From: Vitrella brassicaformis CCMP3155
Lineage: Eukaryota > Protista > Chromerida
DNA: 64,000 nt
NCBI GenBank assembly: GCA_001179505.1
Contig: CDMY01000542.1
Coordinates: 248,001 to 312,000 of the forward strand
Direction: 5' to 3'
The translations under genes were made by a program, and so were the position numbers. The notes under the pieces are model-generated. The model had not been told where the DNA came from, made no database searches, and worked only from the letters and a program-made list of their open reading frames with translations. This document shows, in pieces, positions 12,755 to 25,098 of the stretch (the stretch's first letter is position 1; every line of letters begins with the position of its first letter).

Positions 12755-15700
12755 ATGAAGGTCTCCTTCTGGCCTTGTGTGGTATGGCTGGCATGCTTCG
12801 GAGCCCATGGATCCGAGATCTCGCCATCAAGCGTCGACACGAAGGCTCGCTACTATCAGTTCGAAGACCCGCCTTCCTGCTCGCCGGAAAAGCCGTGCTT
12901 CGTCCCAAGCGCCAACCAATTCGGAGAGGTGGGCAGAGAGCACGCAACACGCACACCCAGAGCAGGCAGGCAGCAGAGGGAAGGCGGGGAGACGTCTTTG
13001 GTCGGTTGGTTGGCTGGCAGGCGAACGACATAATGGTGACTGACGGCAGTGGGAATTTCTATAAGGTGTGGGAGTTCGGCGAAGGCACAGACTCTCACCA
13101 AATCGCCATCGGTAGGCACTGATCAGAGGAAGAAAGTGCAGCCCACCACGACGTCTGTCTGTCTGTCTGTCTGTTTGTCTGCCTTACAACACAGGCGACC
13201 TCAACAATGACGGTTAGTGAGTGATGAGATGAAGGGGAGGGGGGGGGGGNNNNNNNNNNNNNNNNNNNNNNNNNNNNNNNNNNNNNNNNNNNNNNNNNNN
13301 NNNNNNNNNNNNNNNNNNNNNNNNNNNNNNNNNNNNNNNNNNNNNNNNNNNNNNNNNNNNNNNNNNNNNNNNNNNNNNNNNNNNNNNNNNNNNNNNNNNN
13401 NNNNNNNNNNNNNNNNNNNNNNNNNNNNNNNNNNNNNNNNNNNNNNNNNNNNNNNNNNNNNNNNNNNNNNNNNNNNNNNNNNNNNNNNNNNNNNNNNNNN
13501 NNNNNNNNNNNNNNNNNNNNNNNNNNNNNNNNNNNNNNNNNNNNNNNNNGGGGGGGGGGGACGCAAGCCACCCGCTACATCCGTCTGTCTATCTGTGTCT
13601 GGATGGCTGGCCTGCTCACGACACAGGCATCGAGGATCTCTATGTGTGAGCGGGCAGCTCGATAATCACACACACACATTGAGGCATCGACAGTTACTCA
13701 CATATCCCTCCATCCTATAATCTTGGGCCCATGCAGGTGCAACTACCAATTTCCCTATGTCTTGGGCCTTATCTTATTCAAGAGGCCTGGTGGGTCGTAT
13801 GCATACGCATACCGAAATACACGCCCATCAATGCGGTCATCGTGCAGGTGACCCTGACGAGATCTGGTACGGCCAGCCGGACGGCACATTCGTCAAGGGC
13901 GACCAGGAGCTGAACGGCAATGGGTGCAGAGACGTGGCGCTGGCCGACTTCAACGGCGACGGATGGCTCGACGCGTACGCAATACGCACATATCCACACC
14001 CACATGAGTTATCACATCCACGTGTGAATGCTGCCTTTGTGTGTGTGTGCGCAGGTATGTGGGCAACGGCGCAGAGGAGTATTGGTTCTGGCCCAAGCTC
14101 GACGACGTGTTCGACCTCATTCTCTTCAACGACCAGACAGGCAGACTCGTCGACACCGGGCAGAGACCTCTTGTCAATGGGACTTCCAGGTACGAGAACA
14201 CACCAACACACCAACAAACACTGAGCTTTGTCCATTTATGTCTGAAATGTGTCATTAGGTCGATCCTAACGGGCGACTTGGACCACGACGGCGATTTGGA
14301 TCTGGTTGTAGGGAGGGGGCCTGACATCTACAGCGCAGTGCTGCTGAATGACGGCAAAGGCGTCTTCTCCGTGCACCAGTTCATTAGCGCCGACAACTGG
14401 CTGCTCTACCCATTCCTGCCGGGGATACCCGACGGCCGCGGTACGTCTCGTCTCTCTCCCCCGCTTGCCTTCATACACGCACATGGGAGGTGTTTGTCGG
14501 TGTGTGCAGATGCCGGCACCGTCTCGGGGGGTGGGATGGCTGATTTGAACAATGATGGCTTCAGCGACCTTGTCCTCGGGACACAAATAAGGTCAATATG
14601 GCTGAATGACGGCACGGGCACGTTCAGCGACACCGGGCAGTACTTCAAGGCCGCTAGCTTTGGCAGGTAGGTAGATACACACGGCAGGCAGGCAGGCAGG
14701 CAGGTATTCGGTGAATTTGGTGTGGTGTGTGCAGGGAGCCAGCCCTTGCTGACTTTGATGGCGACGGAGACAGGGATGTCTACCTTGGTCGAGCAGGTCA
14801 GCAGAGCATTGCCCTTGCTCTCCCCACCAAACACGCCAGCGGCTCCTGTGTGGTCTGTGGCTGTTATGATTGTGTAGGCTTCCCTGACCTGGACTTCTTT
14901 GCTGACGGCTGCAGGCCTTCTGACAAAGACGGGTGGGTGGGTGCATCAACACGCAAGTCACTCAGACACACAGACAGGCAGGCTCCTCTGTGTGCCTGTA
15001 GGCTGTACATAAACGACGGCAAGGCGAATCTGACCAAGGTGCAGGAGTACTTCGAGTGGCCGTCGTGGTACGCCCTCAGCGCTGATTTCAACAACGATGG
15101 TACGAGAAGAAACAGCAGCCCAGTGTGCGTCAGTGGTTTCGTGTGCATGTCTCTTGTCTTCTCACTCACAGGGTGGCCAGACGTCCTTCTCGGGGCTGGC
15201 CTCTACGCAGAACGTAAGTATCGACAGATTGACAGACAGACAGACAGACAGACAGCCGGGGGCGGCCGGACACACACTCTCATTCTCTTTCTCTGTGTTT
15301 GTTGTGGCGCTCGCTTTCGCTCAGCCGTGGGCGACCCATTATTTCGAGCCACAGGCATCCCGGGGCAAAAAGGTCACTTCACATTCAACACACCCGTCGA
15401 TACCATACCGGAGACATCCCTATGGTCTGCCACTTTCTGTTTGTTTCTGTCCGTGTGCAGGTGCGCCCAATGTGTTGCTCCTGAATGACGGGCAGGGTCG
15501 GCTGTTCGACAGTGGGCTGAGATACGGCGAGAAGCGGACATACGGCCTCTCGGTGGGGGTGCTCCCGTGCTCCCTCGCACCAGACGCAGAAAACCCATGC
15601 ACTTTTGAATTAGGTGAGCAAACACACACACACATCCACCAATCCCTCCATCCGTGTGTATCCCATGTCTGTGTCTGTCTTTGCTTTTGTGCAGACGAGA

Positions 15701-16044
15701 TTGACGTGTATACCGTCAAGCAGCCGACCCCCCCAAAGCCAGACAACAAGCCCTCCATCCCCCACCCCCTCAGCAAAGCCCACAGAGTGACCTACTCGCC
15801 GTCCTACAAGCTGGAAGTCGAGAAAGGCCAGCTCTTCGACACCAACGCGCCCATTCCAGTCCCCGACCCCAAGAAGATCATCTGCGAGACCTTCTGGGCG
15901 CCGTCGGTGCTGTTTGAGAAGGACGAGCGGCAGGACCCCCCGAAGGGCCGGGGGTTCCCGCCCGAAGAGGCGCCGTTCGATGAGATGTTTAAGATTGACG
16001 ATCTGGGGGGTGACGTGGACGTGCGGACGACGGGCAATGTGTGA
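12755..16044 (+). CDS. Secreted FG-GAP/VCBS-repeat (beta-propeller, Ca-binding) protein; interrupted by an assembly gap
   Basis: Signal peptide MKVSFWPCVVWLACFGAHG. Repeats ADFNGDGWLD, GDLDHDGDLDLVVG, ADLNNDGFSDLVLG, ADFDGDGDRDVYLG and ADFNNDGWPDVLLG. Pro-rich C-terminus ends at TGA 16042-16044. Confidence 0.85.
13250..13549. other. Assembly gap (300 N) flanked by poly-G
   Basis: N run seen directly, with G homopolymers on both sides. Confidence 0.99.
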
Positions 16045-16541
16045 TGTGTGTCTTGGCGCGTCTTTGTGTGTGAGGGGGAGGGGGGAATGGAAGAGGGTAA
16101 GTGGACGAGTGGGCTTTTTGTGCATTAGTCTCGGCCGTGTGTGCGCGCGTGTCTTTATCACGTGTGTCGTATGAGAGAGAGTTCATGCCGCTTGATTGCA
16201 CCCAAATTGACGGAAGATTGCATCCACTAGAATAGCCAATGGGTGGGTGCTCCGTCTCTCTCAACGGCGTCTGTCTGTCTCTATTTCTCAGTCCGATGTT
16301 GCTGGCATGTCTGCCGTGTGGCTTGGGAAGGAGAGGGATGGAGAGTTAGTAGGTCTGCTGGTATGCAAGTAAGATGATGCGGTGTGGTGTGGTGTGGTGT
16401 GGTGTGCTATGGTGGTGTCACTGGTGTGTTTATATGCATAGAGATGGATGCCTTTGCCTGGACAGCCCGAACGCGGCTGTGTTTAGTACATTACACTGAT
16501 CGTACTCATTATGGGGCATATCGTGTGGGGGGGGGGGGGGG

Positions 16542-16841
16542 NNNNNNNNNNNNNNNNNNNNNNNNNNNNNNNNNNNNNNNNNNNNNNNNNNNNNNNNNNN
16601 NNNNNNNNNNNNNNNNNNNNNNNNNNNNNNNNNNNNNNNNNNNNNNNNNNNNNNNNNNNNNNNNNNNNNNNNNNNNNNNNNNNNNNNNNNNNNNNNNNNN
16701 NNNNNNNNNNNNNNNNNNNNNNNNNNNNNNNNNNNNNNNNNNNNNNNNNNNNNNNNNNNNNNNNNNNNNNNNNNNNNNNNNNNNNNNNNNNNNNNNNNNN
16801 NNNNNNNNNNNNNNNNNNNNNNNNNNNNNNNNNNNNNNNNN
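16542..16841. other. Assembly gap (300 N) flanked by poly-G
   Basis: N run seen directly, with G runs on both sides. Confidence 0.99.
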
Positions 16842-17136
16842 GGGGGAGGAAGCGCGCTTATATAAGGCTGGCTTGATGTTGCTTGCTGATGCCTCAGACA
16901 GACGTGAATCGAATGATGATTGGGAAAAACTCACAATCGGTCACGCAGAGTCGTTCATGTCACAGTCACGCACAGCCACCCCCACGCACATGCGTTCGGT
17001 GGTTTGTATGGATAGCACACTCGCATCGCATCGCAGCTGCACACGCAAACAATCGAGGACGCAGGGGGGAGAGAGGGAGGGAAGGGGATGGAAGCAAGGA
17101 GAGGGTATTGGCTGCTCTGTGCTGCTGATGGTCGTG

Positions 17137-17820
17137 TCATGATGCTGCCGGCTTGGCCTCGGCACTCTGCAGCTTCTCAACTTGAACCACAGTCTCCTGT
17201 GTGAGACACAGATACACATGTGCAGTGCAGCAAACCGATGATTGATTGCATCCATCTATCTCCTCCACAATCTGCCTCCGTCCCGGTCTGTCTCGCCACT
17301 ACGGCGTCTGTGCGCCTGTGTGTGTCTTGTCTTTGCACACCTTGACTGTCTGGATGCTGTCTTGTATCTCGTCAGGGATGGTGATGCCGAACTCCTTCTC
17401 CACCTGCAACACACAACAGCACGACTCCCAACAAGCAAACAGTGCGGTCCCTCAGCTCACTCAACCCGACTCACTCACATCGAGTAGGAACTCCACGGTA
17501 TCGAGGCAGTCCCATTTTCTGTTTTCATTGTCTTCAGTGACGTCCAGCTCCTCCAGCTTGCCCTCCGGCGTGATGGTGCTGCCCGCCTTGGCGTACTTGG
17601 TCGCTATGTCCACCACGCGCCGCTGGATCTCATCAGACGACAGCTGCTGAACAGATGCAGACGCGAAGCCCCTTGCGTATGGTGGCCATGCATGTGATGG
17701 CGCATGGATGCTGTGGTTTGCTGCTGATCTCCATGCTGCTGCCGCTGAGCTGCGTGAGAAGGCGATGTTGCGGGAAGTGCGAGGGAAAGGGAGGGACCGT
17801 GGTCTCACTGCACGAAGCAT
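17137..17820 (-). CDS. ACP: Mitochondrial acyl carrier protein, atypical (Cys in place of the phosphopantetheine-accepting Ser)
   Basis: Arg/Ser/Ala-rich presequence, then EIQRRVVDIATKYAK..KLEELDVTEDNENRKWDCLDTVEFLLD|VEKEFGITIPDEIQDSIQTVK|ETV. The ACP helix II signature DxLDxVE..E.EFGI.IPD is present. Confidence 0.88.
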
Positions 17821-18093
17821 CCTGCCTGATAGATAAGTTGGAAAAGCGCCGCTTTTTCCGTCTTTCCGATCTTTGCCTTTCCTCTCCCCGCTAAGCTCGC
17901 AGTTGGAGGGACGATGGATTGAACGTGGCTACTTTGGGATGAAATCGGCCTTACCCAGCAGTGAGGGCAACACAGAAGATGACGGCATCGTCTGATTGCG
18001 AGTTCGGCCAGCCACAGCAGGCACAGCATTGTGTGGTGGATGGATGAGAGGAGTCGGTTATCGACCATTGGCTATGGTGCTGCAGGAGTGACG

Positions 18094-19263
18094 ATGAACA
18101 GCAGCGCCGTCCCAGATGGACACTCGGAGGCACCGCCTGCAGAGAGAGCAGAGGTGCGCCTCAGCCTGAACAATGTCCTATACAACAGAGAGATGTGTGT
18201 CTGTCCGTCTGTGTGTCTGTTTGTCTGTCATTCACTTCGGCTGTGCTGTGTGTGTGTACCGGTGGTGCAGGTGGTGTTGATCATCACGTCTTTGGGCAGC
18301 ATTCGGCGTCAGTGTTGGCGCAGCCGGAAGGCGCAGCACCTTCTGGACTGCAAACAGGCCGACTACACACTCATCGACGTCAACAGAGATGGCACGCAGT
18401 CAGACGGTAACCAGACAAACAAACATGCACATGCACAGCCATCCATCCGTGTGATGTGTCCGCTTTTCATGGCCTCGCTCTCTCTCTCTCTCTCTTTGTC
18501 TTTGGTGCAGCATCATGGCCCTACAAGGACAGTGCGTATGTGCGTCAGTGGAGGAGAGAGGGCCTGCTGATGGAGGACACACACTCGATCGCACCCTCAG
18601 ACAGCCCACCACAGGACGACAGCCCCGCCACTGCAGCAGCAGCGTCTGCCGCCAACGGTGCCGCAGACGCCATCACCATACCAACAACCAGCGCGGAACA
18701 AAGTGAGCCAATATCGATGGCCGATGGATGGATGGCGAAAGAAACGTGATTGGGCTGTCAATCCCTCTGTGTGATGTGATGTGTGTAGTTTTGATTCCGC
18801 AGGTCTTGTTGGACGGCGTGAGCATCGGCGACGACCGAGTGCTGCAAGACCTAGAAGACGACGGATACCTCGGTAGGTCGAGGTGTTGGCAGGCAGGCAG
18901 GCAGGCAGGCAGGCAGGCACACGCAACAACATACACACACACGCCCTCTGGTGCCTGCCGCTCCTGTGTGTGTCATGTCCATGTCCAATAGACAAGATCC
19001 TGGACCGTCTGATGTGTCCGTCCCCCTCCTGTCGGGCCGATCGGTTCCCCGACGAGCCCTCCTGCCCATCATGCCGCACACCCTTCCGGCAGCTCATCTC
19101 TCACGACGACATCGACCGCTGCCGTGTGCAGCAGGTCCTGGGCTGGTCCGACAAGACGCACGGCAGCTCTCTGGCCATGTTGCTTGAGGCAGCTCTGGGT
19201 GAGAGCCCGAGGAACAGCCCCACGGCTAGGCGCAGCGGGGCGGGCGGTGGGGAGGGGGGGTGA
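18094..19263 (+). CDS. Glutaredoxin-like (GRX-like/SH3BGR-type) protein with C-terminal Cys-rich zinc ribbon
   Basis: VVLIITSLGSIRRQCWRSRKAQHLLDCKQADYTLIDVNRD; IPQVLLDGVSIGDDRVLQDLEDDGYL|DKIL (the PQVF.DG..IG motif); tail CPSPSC...CPSC. Confidence 0.75.
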
Positions 19264-20056
19264 TGGTCACGACAGACACAGTAGCGGAGAGAGGGGCGAT
19301 ATTTGGTGGCTGTTGGTTAGGTAGCTCTTTTGCGTGTCAGTCAAGTCGGCCGCTTTTGGTTGCTGTACAGATCTTACGCATGTATGTGTGTGTGCGCGTG
19401 CGTGGCGTGCGTGTCTGACTTGTGTGTAGTTTTGCAGACGGACGTGCGTCATCCATTCGCATCAGTGCTTCATTCATATGTCCGTCCCTCCAGACACACA
19501 ACGAACACATTCAGCGTCCATCCCTCCATCCATTCCGTTTCCCATGTCGATTCGATGAGGGAGGAAAACAGAAAGCCCGTCCGTCCAGAAAGAGTACACG
19601 CCACCCATACAAATCACGTACACACATGCAGCTGGGTCCTTTTAGGATCACAATGTCAATCAACGCAGGCAGTGGGACAAAAATCGCCATGAATGAATGT
19701 GTACGTATGTCCATGAGCATGTAGCGCACTCACCCCACCCCACCTCACTCACCTGACGAGCCATAAAGTTGGCAGGCGCACACACGGACAGACAGATAGA
19801 CATGCAGACAGACACCTCTCGTCCCAGAAAGCCGAGCAACCGACTCTCATCACAGATAGCTAGGGAAGCACTGACGCAAAACTGATGGATATACACAGGA
19901 ATCTATGCGTCGTTGCGTGAAACACCTTCATGCAGCCTTCCCGAGTCGCCAACACAACGCAGTGCGTGTCGTGTCGACCACTGTGGAAGGCAGCAGGATG
20001 AAAGTTCACGCCGACACATCGACAAGATCGCATCGCATCACATCACATCACATCAA

Positions 20057-21535
20057 TCATGCAGTAGACTGTGGGAAGAAATCCGCAATCGAGTCGACAT
20101 AGTGCTCCGGCCGAATGCTGTTCTGCGGGCTGTTGACCTTGTCGAGCGTCGTCACGCCGCTCAGCGTCAGCAGCGACTTGAGGCCGTTCCTCTGGCCGAA
20201 CAAAATGTCGGTGTCGAGCCGGTCGCCCACCATGGCCATCCGCTGCCGCGGCACACCCAGCTTCTCAGCCAGGTAGTCGATCATCAGGGCCGACGGCTTG
20301 CCCACCACTGTGGGCTCTCGCTTGGTGCAGCCCTTGATCGCTCCAACCATTGAACCGTTTCCCGCCCACTCCTGACCGAGAGACAAAGAAGCCACACACG
20401 CAGCGAGAGAGAGAGAGAGAGGCGAGATGAAGAGAGTGTCAGAGGGGAGGGAGAGGGTGCTTGCCTGTGCGTCAGTGAGGTGTGTGACGGCGTCGAGGTT
20501 GGTGGCGATGAACTCAGCGCCGAGCTCTGCGATGCAGAGCTGTGCGTACTGAATCTTGTGGTAGTTGAAGTGTCGGTCGAAGCCGACCACCACCGCACCA
20601 ACATCCTCGTCGACGGGCATGGCGTAGCCCGGCTTCAGCTCGACCACTTTGCCCGCATCTACAGAGGTGGATGGGATGATGCGATGCATTCACACACGCA
20701 CACACACACACACACACACACCGTCAAACACTGCACTGCCGTTGTTTCTTCTCTCTCCCCTCCCTCTCTGTGTGTGTCTGTCTGTCCGTCTGTCTGTGTA
20801 TCTGTCTGTCTGTCCGTCTGTCTGTCTGTCTGGCTGTCTATGTGCGTTGCTGGCTGACCTTTGGTGCCTCCCACCCAAGGGACGCCAATCAGATCGAGCT
20901 CTTCCTCAATCCCTGACAAGGCAGACATCCACACCACACACGCACATCCAAACATCCATACCAAGCCATGCACACCATCGTCTGCAAACGTACGTACCAA
21001 CTTCGCCGATAACATAGACCTTCTTGCCCGTCTCCTTGAACTTCTTCTGCTCCAGGTAGGCCGCCGCGGCAAAGCTCGACGAGAAGATCTCCTCCGGCTT
21101 GACGTCCAGGCCCAGGCTGTCGAACTTCTTCTTGTACCCCTTCCGGCTCTTGGTCGAGTTGTTGGTCACAAAGAACACCTTCTTGCCCAACGCACGCAGC
21201 CTCTCGAGGGTCTCGGGCACCCCAGGGATCACACTGTCGCCCCGCCATATGACCCCATCGCAGTCAAAGATGATGACATCCACACTGTCGAGCCACTCCT
21301 GCGGACGCGTTAGCTTGGCTGGGGTGAGCAGCCCTCCTTGTTGCCCGCCCTGCTCGATGCCGGATGTGTCCATGACTGCCGGTGCTGCAGGCCGCCTGCC
21401 GAGGATGCCGCCTCCGCTGATGTGCGTGTGAGGGATGGCCGATGCGTCTGTGATGCTAGAGGGTCGCAGGTTGATGGCTTGCGTGAGGCACACAGATGCC
21501 AGCAGCAAGATGAGAAAAGAGGCGGAAAACTTCAT
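20057..21535 (-). CDS. PGP: Phosphoglycolate phosphatase / HAD-IIA (PGP/NagD family) with signal peptide plus transit-like leader
   Basis: FDCDGVIWRGD (motif I), FVTNNSTKSR, FIATNLD, VVGKPS, MVGDRLDTDILFG. N-terminus MKFSASFLILLLASVCLTQA. Confidence 0.95.
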
Positions 21536-21739
21536 GCGACAGACAAGCAGACACAGACGACAGACGGGCGAGGCTGAAGTGCGCGGGGGGAGAAGGAGGC
21601 AAAAGGAAAGCGAAAGCCAGCGAAATGCGAGCTAATGATTGCCGACTTTTGTTTTCACGCCGACTTAGGCCCTCATAACTCCTGAGTGCTGATAGCCTGT
21701 GGGAACCTTTCTGGAGCGCCAGACGCGTGTGTACACCCG

Positions 21740-22574
21740 ATGTCCCTGCAGAGCAGCTTCTGTGCGTTGAGTCGCGCCGCGACCAGCGCGTTGCGGCCTC
21801 CCGCCTGCCTGGCGGGCGTGAGCGCCATGGCCGGTGCGGTGCGTCGGTACAGCGAGAATGTGCATGAGCACTTCCAGCACCCCCGGAACGTCGGGAGCTT
21901 CAAGAAGGGGGAGGAACACGTGGGGTGAGCTGATGGGATGGGATGGGCACAGAGAGAGAGGGGAGGGGGGCTCTGGGGATGTCCTGTCGCGCGAGAGAGG
22001 CGTGTGGTTGTGCTGTGTTGATGTCTCTCTCTCGGTATGTCGTGTTGTGTTGCAGGACTGCCATCGTGGGCAAAGCTGCGTGTGGGGATGTGATCAAGCT
22101 GCAGGTCAAGATTGAGGAGGGCGTCATCAAGGACGCTAAGTTCAAGGTGAGTGGGTCTGAGCCGCAGGGAGATAGACACTCATACTGATGTGTGTGTGTG
22201 TCTGTGTTGTTTGACTGCTTGTCATCCCCCCAGACGTTTGGTTGCGGTTCGGCGATAGCGAGCAGTTCGTATGCGACGGAGCTCATCAAGGGCAAGACGC
22301 CCGAAGAGGCCATGCAACTCAAAAACACCGACATCGCAGGTAAGTACGGGATGCTTGGCTTCGCCGACGTGCAATGTCTGAGCGTCGGTGTGTGTGTGTG
22401 TGTGCAGACTACCTGAAGTTGCCTCCGGTGAAGATCCACTGCTCGCTGCTGGCTGAGGACGCCGTGCGCCACGCCATCGAGGACTACCAGAAGAAATACC
22501 CAGGCGTCACAGAGGCTACCATCGCCGCTGACGAAGGCCCCACCTCGCACCAGCAGCAGATGGGCGCCGCGTAG
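21740..22574 (+). CDS. ISCU: Mitochondrial Fe-S cluster scaffold protein IscU
   Basis: YSENVHEHFQHPRNVGSF..G|TAIVGKAACGDVIKLQVKI..IKDAKFK|TFGCGSAIASSS..|LKLPPVKIHCSLLAEDA. Three Cys ligands, the LPPVK motif and a presequence are present. Confidence 0.97.
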
Positions 22575-22726
22575 ACGCACTCGCTGTCTTTTCTTCTTTG
22601 TGGTTCGTCGTTGCTTTTCGTTCGTTCATTACGTGTGCTGTGTGTGTGCTGCTCGAGGTGGATGTCGAGTTTTTGACTCCGCGCGACACTTGTGACGTTC
22701 GTCGCGACGGACGAATGCCTGGATAT

Positions 22727-22802
22727 CTGCCTGTCTGCCTGTCTGCCTGTCTGCCTGTCTGCCTGTCTGCCTGTCTGCCTGTCTGCCTGTCTGCTTGCCT
22801 GT
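22727..22802 (+). repeat. (CTGCCTGT)n 8-mer tandem repeat, about 9 copies
   Basis: Seen directly downstream of the ISCU stop. Confidence 0.9.
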
Positions 22803-22997
22803 GTGGCCGACTTCTTGATGGATGCGTTTGGCGTTTTTGCGGTTTCTCGTGACTCAACCGTACGCAGACGTAACGTAATGGGGAGGGGAGGGGAATGAGT
22901 GTCTGGGTCAGTGGTGGTGTTGATATATATGTGCGAGGCGAATGCAATGACCATCGAATTTTTCGGCGGGCCGTCCAAGAGGGCCTCCCTCACACGG

Positions 22998-23034
<37 letters not shown>

Positions 23035-23334
23035 NNNNNNNNNNNNNNNNNNNNNNNNNNNNNNNNNNNNNNNNNNNNNNNNNNNNNNNNNNNNNNNNNN
23101 NNNNNNNNNNNNNNNNNNNNNNNNNNNNNNNNNNNNNNNNNNNNNNNNNNNNNNNNNNNNNNNNNNNNNNNNNNNNNNNNNNNNNNNNNNNNNNNNNNNN
23201 NNNNNNNNNNNNNNNNNNNNNNNNNNNNNNNNNNNNNNNNNNNNNNNNNNNNNNNNNNNNNNNNNNNNNNNNNNNNNNNNNNNNNNNNNNNNNNNNNNNN
23301 NNNNNNNNNNNNNNNNNNNNNNNNNNNNNNNNNN
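23035..23334. other. Assembly gap (300 N) preceded by ~36 G
   Basis: N run seen directly. Confidence 0.99.
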
Positions 23335-24583
23335 GAGAGGGGGGCAGTGTGTATGGGTGAGATGTGTTTTGGCTGCGCGTGTGCGTGTGAATGTCTTGTG
23401 TGTGGGTTGATGTGATTGGGTGCTGGCTGCCAATGGTGTGAGGATGGTGGCTGTTTTTCTCGCCTGACTGACTGGCCGTGTGTGCTGATTTGGCTGCCCT
23501 CCTTGCCAGACGTGGCTTAGCGGGGCACGTGTAGAGTCGATCGATCAACACGCGGCTGGATGCTGCTGCCTGTACAGTGGATGGATGGATGAGTTTGTGA
23601 AGCGCTGCCGACGTGTGTGTCTCTCGTCCCCTCCCTCCCTCCCTGTATCTGAGTGTGCTTTGCCGATTGCGTCTCTCTGTGCGTGTCTGTCCGTCCGTCC
23701 CCGTAAGAACGGTTGGAGGGAGGCCTCTAACACTCACGACGCACGATGCTCGCGTGTTTGTTGGATGTGCGCGGCCGTGGATGGCCTTCCTTGAGTCGAT
23801 TTACCCATGTGTGCTGTGTTCCTTGACGGCATCTCTGTGGCGTTGGGTGCCAAGTCGCAACGCGTCTGTCGGCCGCTGTTGAGAAGCGGTCTGGCGGTCA
23901 GGTTGCGTGGCGAGGCATGAAGACACCATCGAGAACCGTCATGAACCGACACCACACCACCCACACCACAGGACAACGTAACACCTTCACATCACACACA
24001 CGTGCACATACGTCTCTGTTGATGGTCTTCACGCATGAGAGTGGCTTGGTGCGGCATCATGTAGATCTCTCCCACGCCGAGGCGCAATGCCCTTTCTCGC
24101 CATTGCGCCTCTCCGTGGGGGAGTTGTGCGTGATAGCCGACCAAGACACGTCGTGCTGCATACAAATGAGTGAATAATTGATGGGGACAGACAGTGGTGC
24201 TGCATGGGTGGGTGGGTGGATGGATGGCTGGATGGATGGAGGCAGACAGACATGGGGGGTGAGGGAGAGTTTCTTCAAATCAGACAGCGGCGGATGGCTG
24301 GCTGGCTGACTGCACGAATGTGCGCCGCGTTCATGGCATTGATCGACTGATTCATGGCATCAAACGAGCCTGTTGTCTGCATGAAACGCGCACCGACACT
24401 CGTGGCTGATCAAAACCCAGTGCAACCACATACATGCCCACACGCTGATGGACGTCATCACAGAGAGGTGGAGGAAGATCTATCAATTGCACAAAGGCAG
24501 AGCCTAGGCAGCTGAGATCTCCACTCTGAGCTCGCAATCAGATCTTGGCACCGCTGCTGATCTTGGCACTCGTGGGTGTGAGG

Positions 24584-25098
24584 ATGTCAGCTGGAGGCGT
24601 TCCTGAGAAGAGTCCAAAGCCCCGCCCGCCCGACCGGGGGAGTTTCCCTTTGGATCACTTCGGCGAGTGTGCGGAGTCGCAGCAGGAGTACATGCAGTGC
24701 CTCAAGCGCAACTCGTACGACAACATGTCCTGCAGACACCTCTCACAGGCATACCTCAAATGCAGAATGGACAAGTGAGAGAGCAAAACAGACAGACAGA
24801 TGCACACCACACCCCATTCATCTCATTCTGTGTGTGTTTCTATCATGTATTGTATGTGTGCAGGGGTTTGATGCGGACGGAGACGATGGACCGATTGGGT
24901 TTCCTGCCCACCGAGACGTCCGAGCGGCCGCCCCGTCGGGCGGACAAGAAGCGGCGCAAGGAGCAGGACGGGTACGTCCCGGAGCTCACACAGTCGCGGC
25001 CCGTCCTTGACCGGCTGTCCTTCGGGCCTATCATCGGCAAATGGCTCTCACGGCAATTCGTGAAGACAGGCGAGCGGGAACAGAGAGAGCCGGGGTAA
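24584..25098 (+). CDS. COX19: Cytochrome c oxidase assembly protein COX19-like (twin CX9C)
   Basis: PRPPDRGSFPLDHFGECAESQQEYMQCLKRNSYDNMSCRHLSQAYLKCRMDK|GLM: the PP.RGSFPLDH.GEC motif with C-X9-C pairs. Confidence 0.92.

Noticed and set aside
13095-23737. ORFs containing long X runs
   Set aside because: They are artefacts of reading through N gaps.
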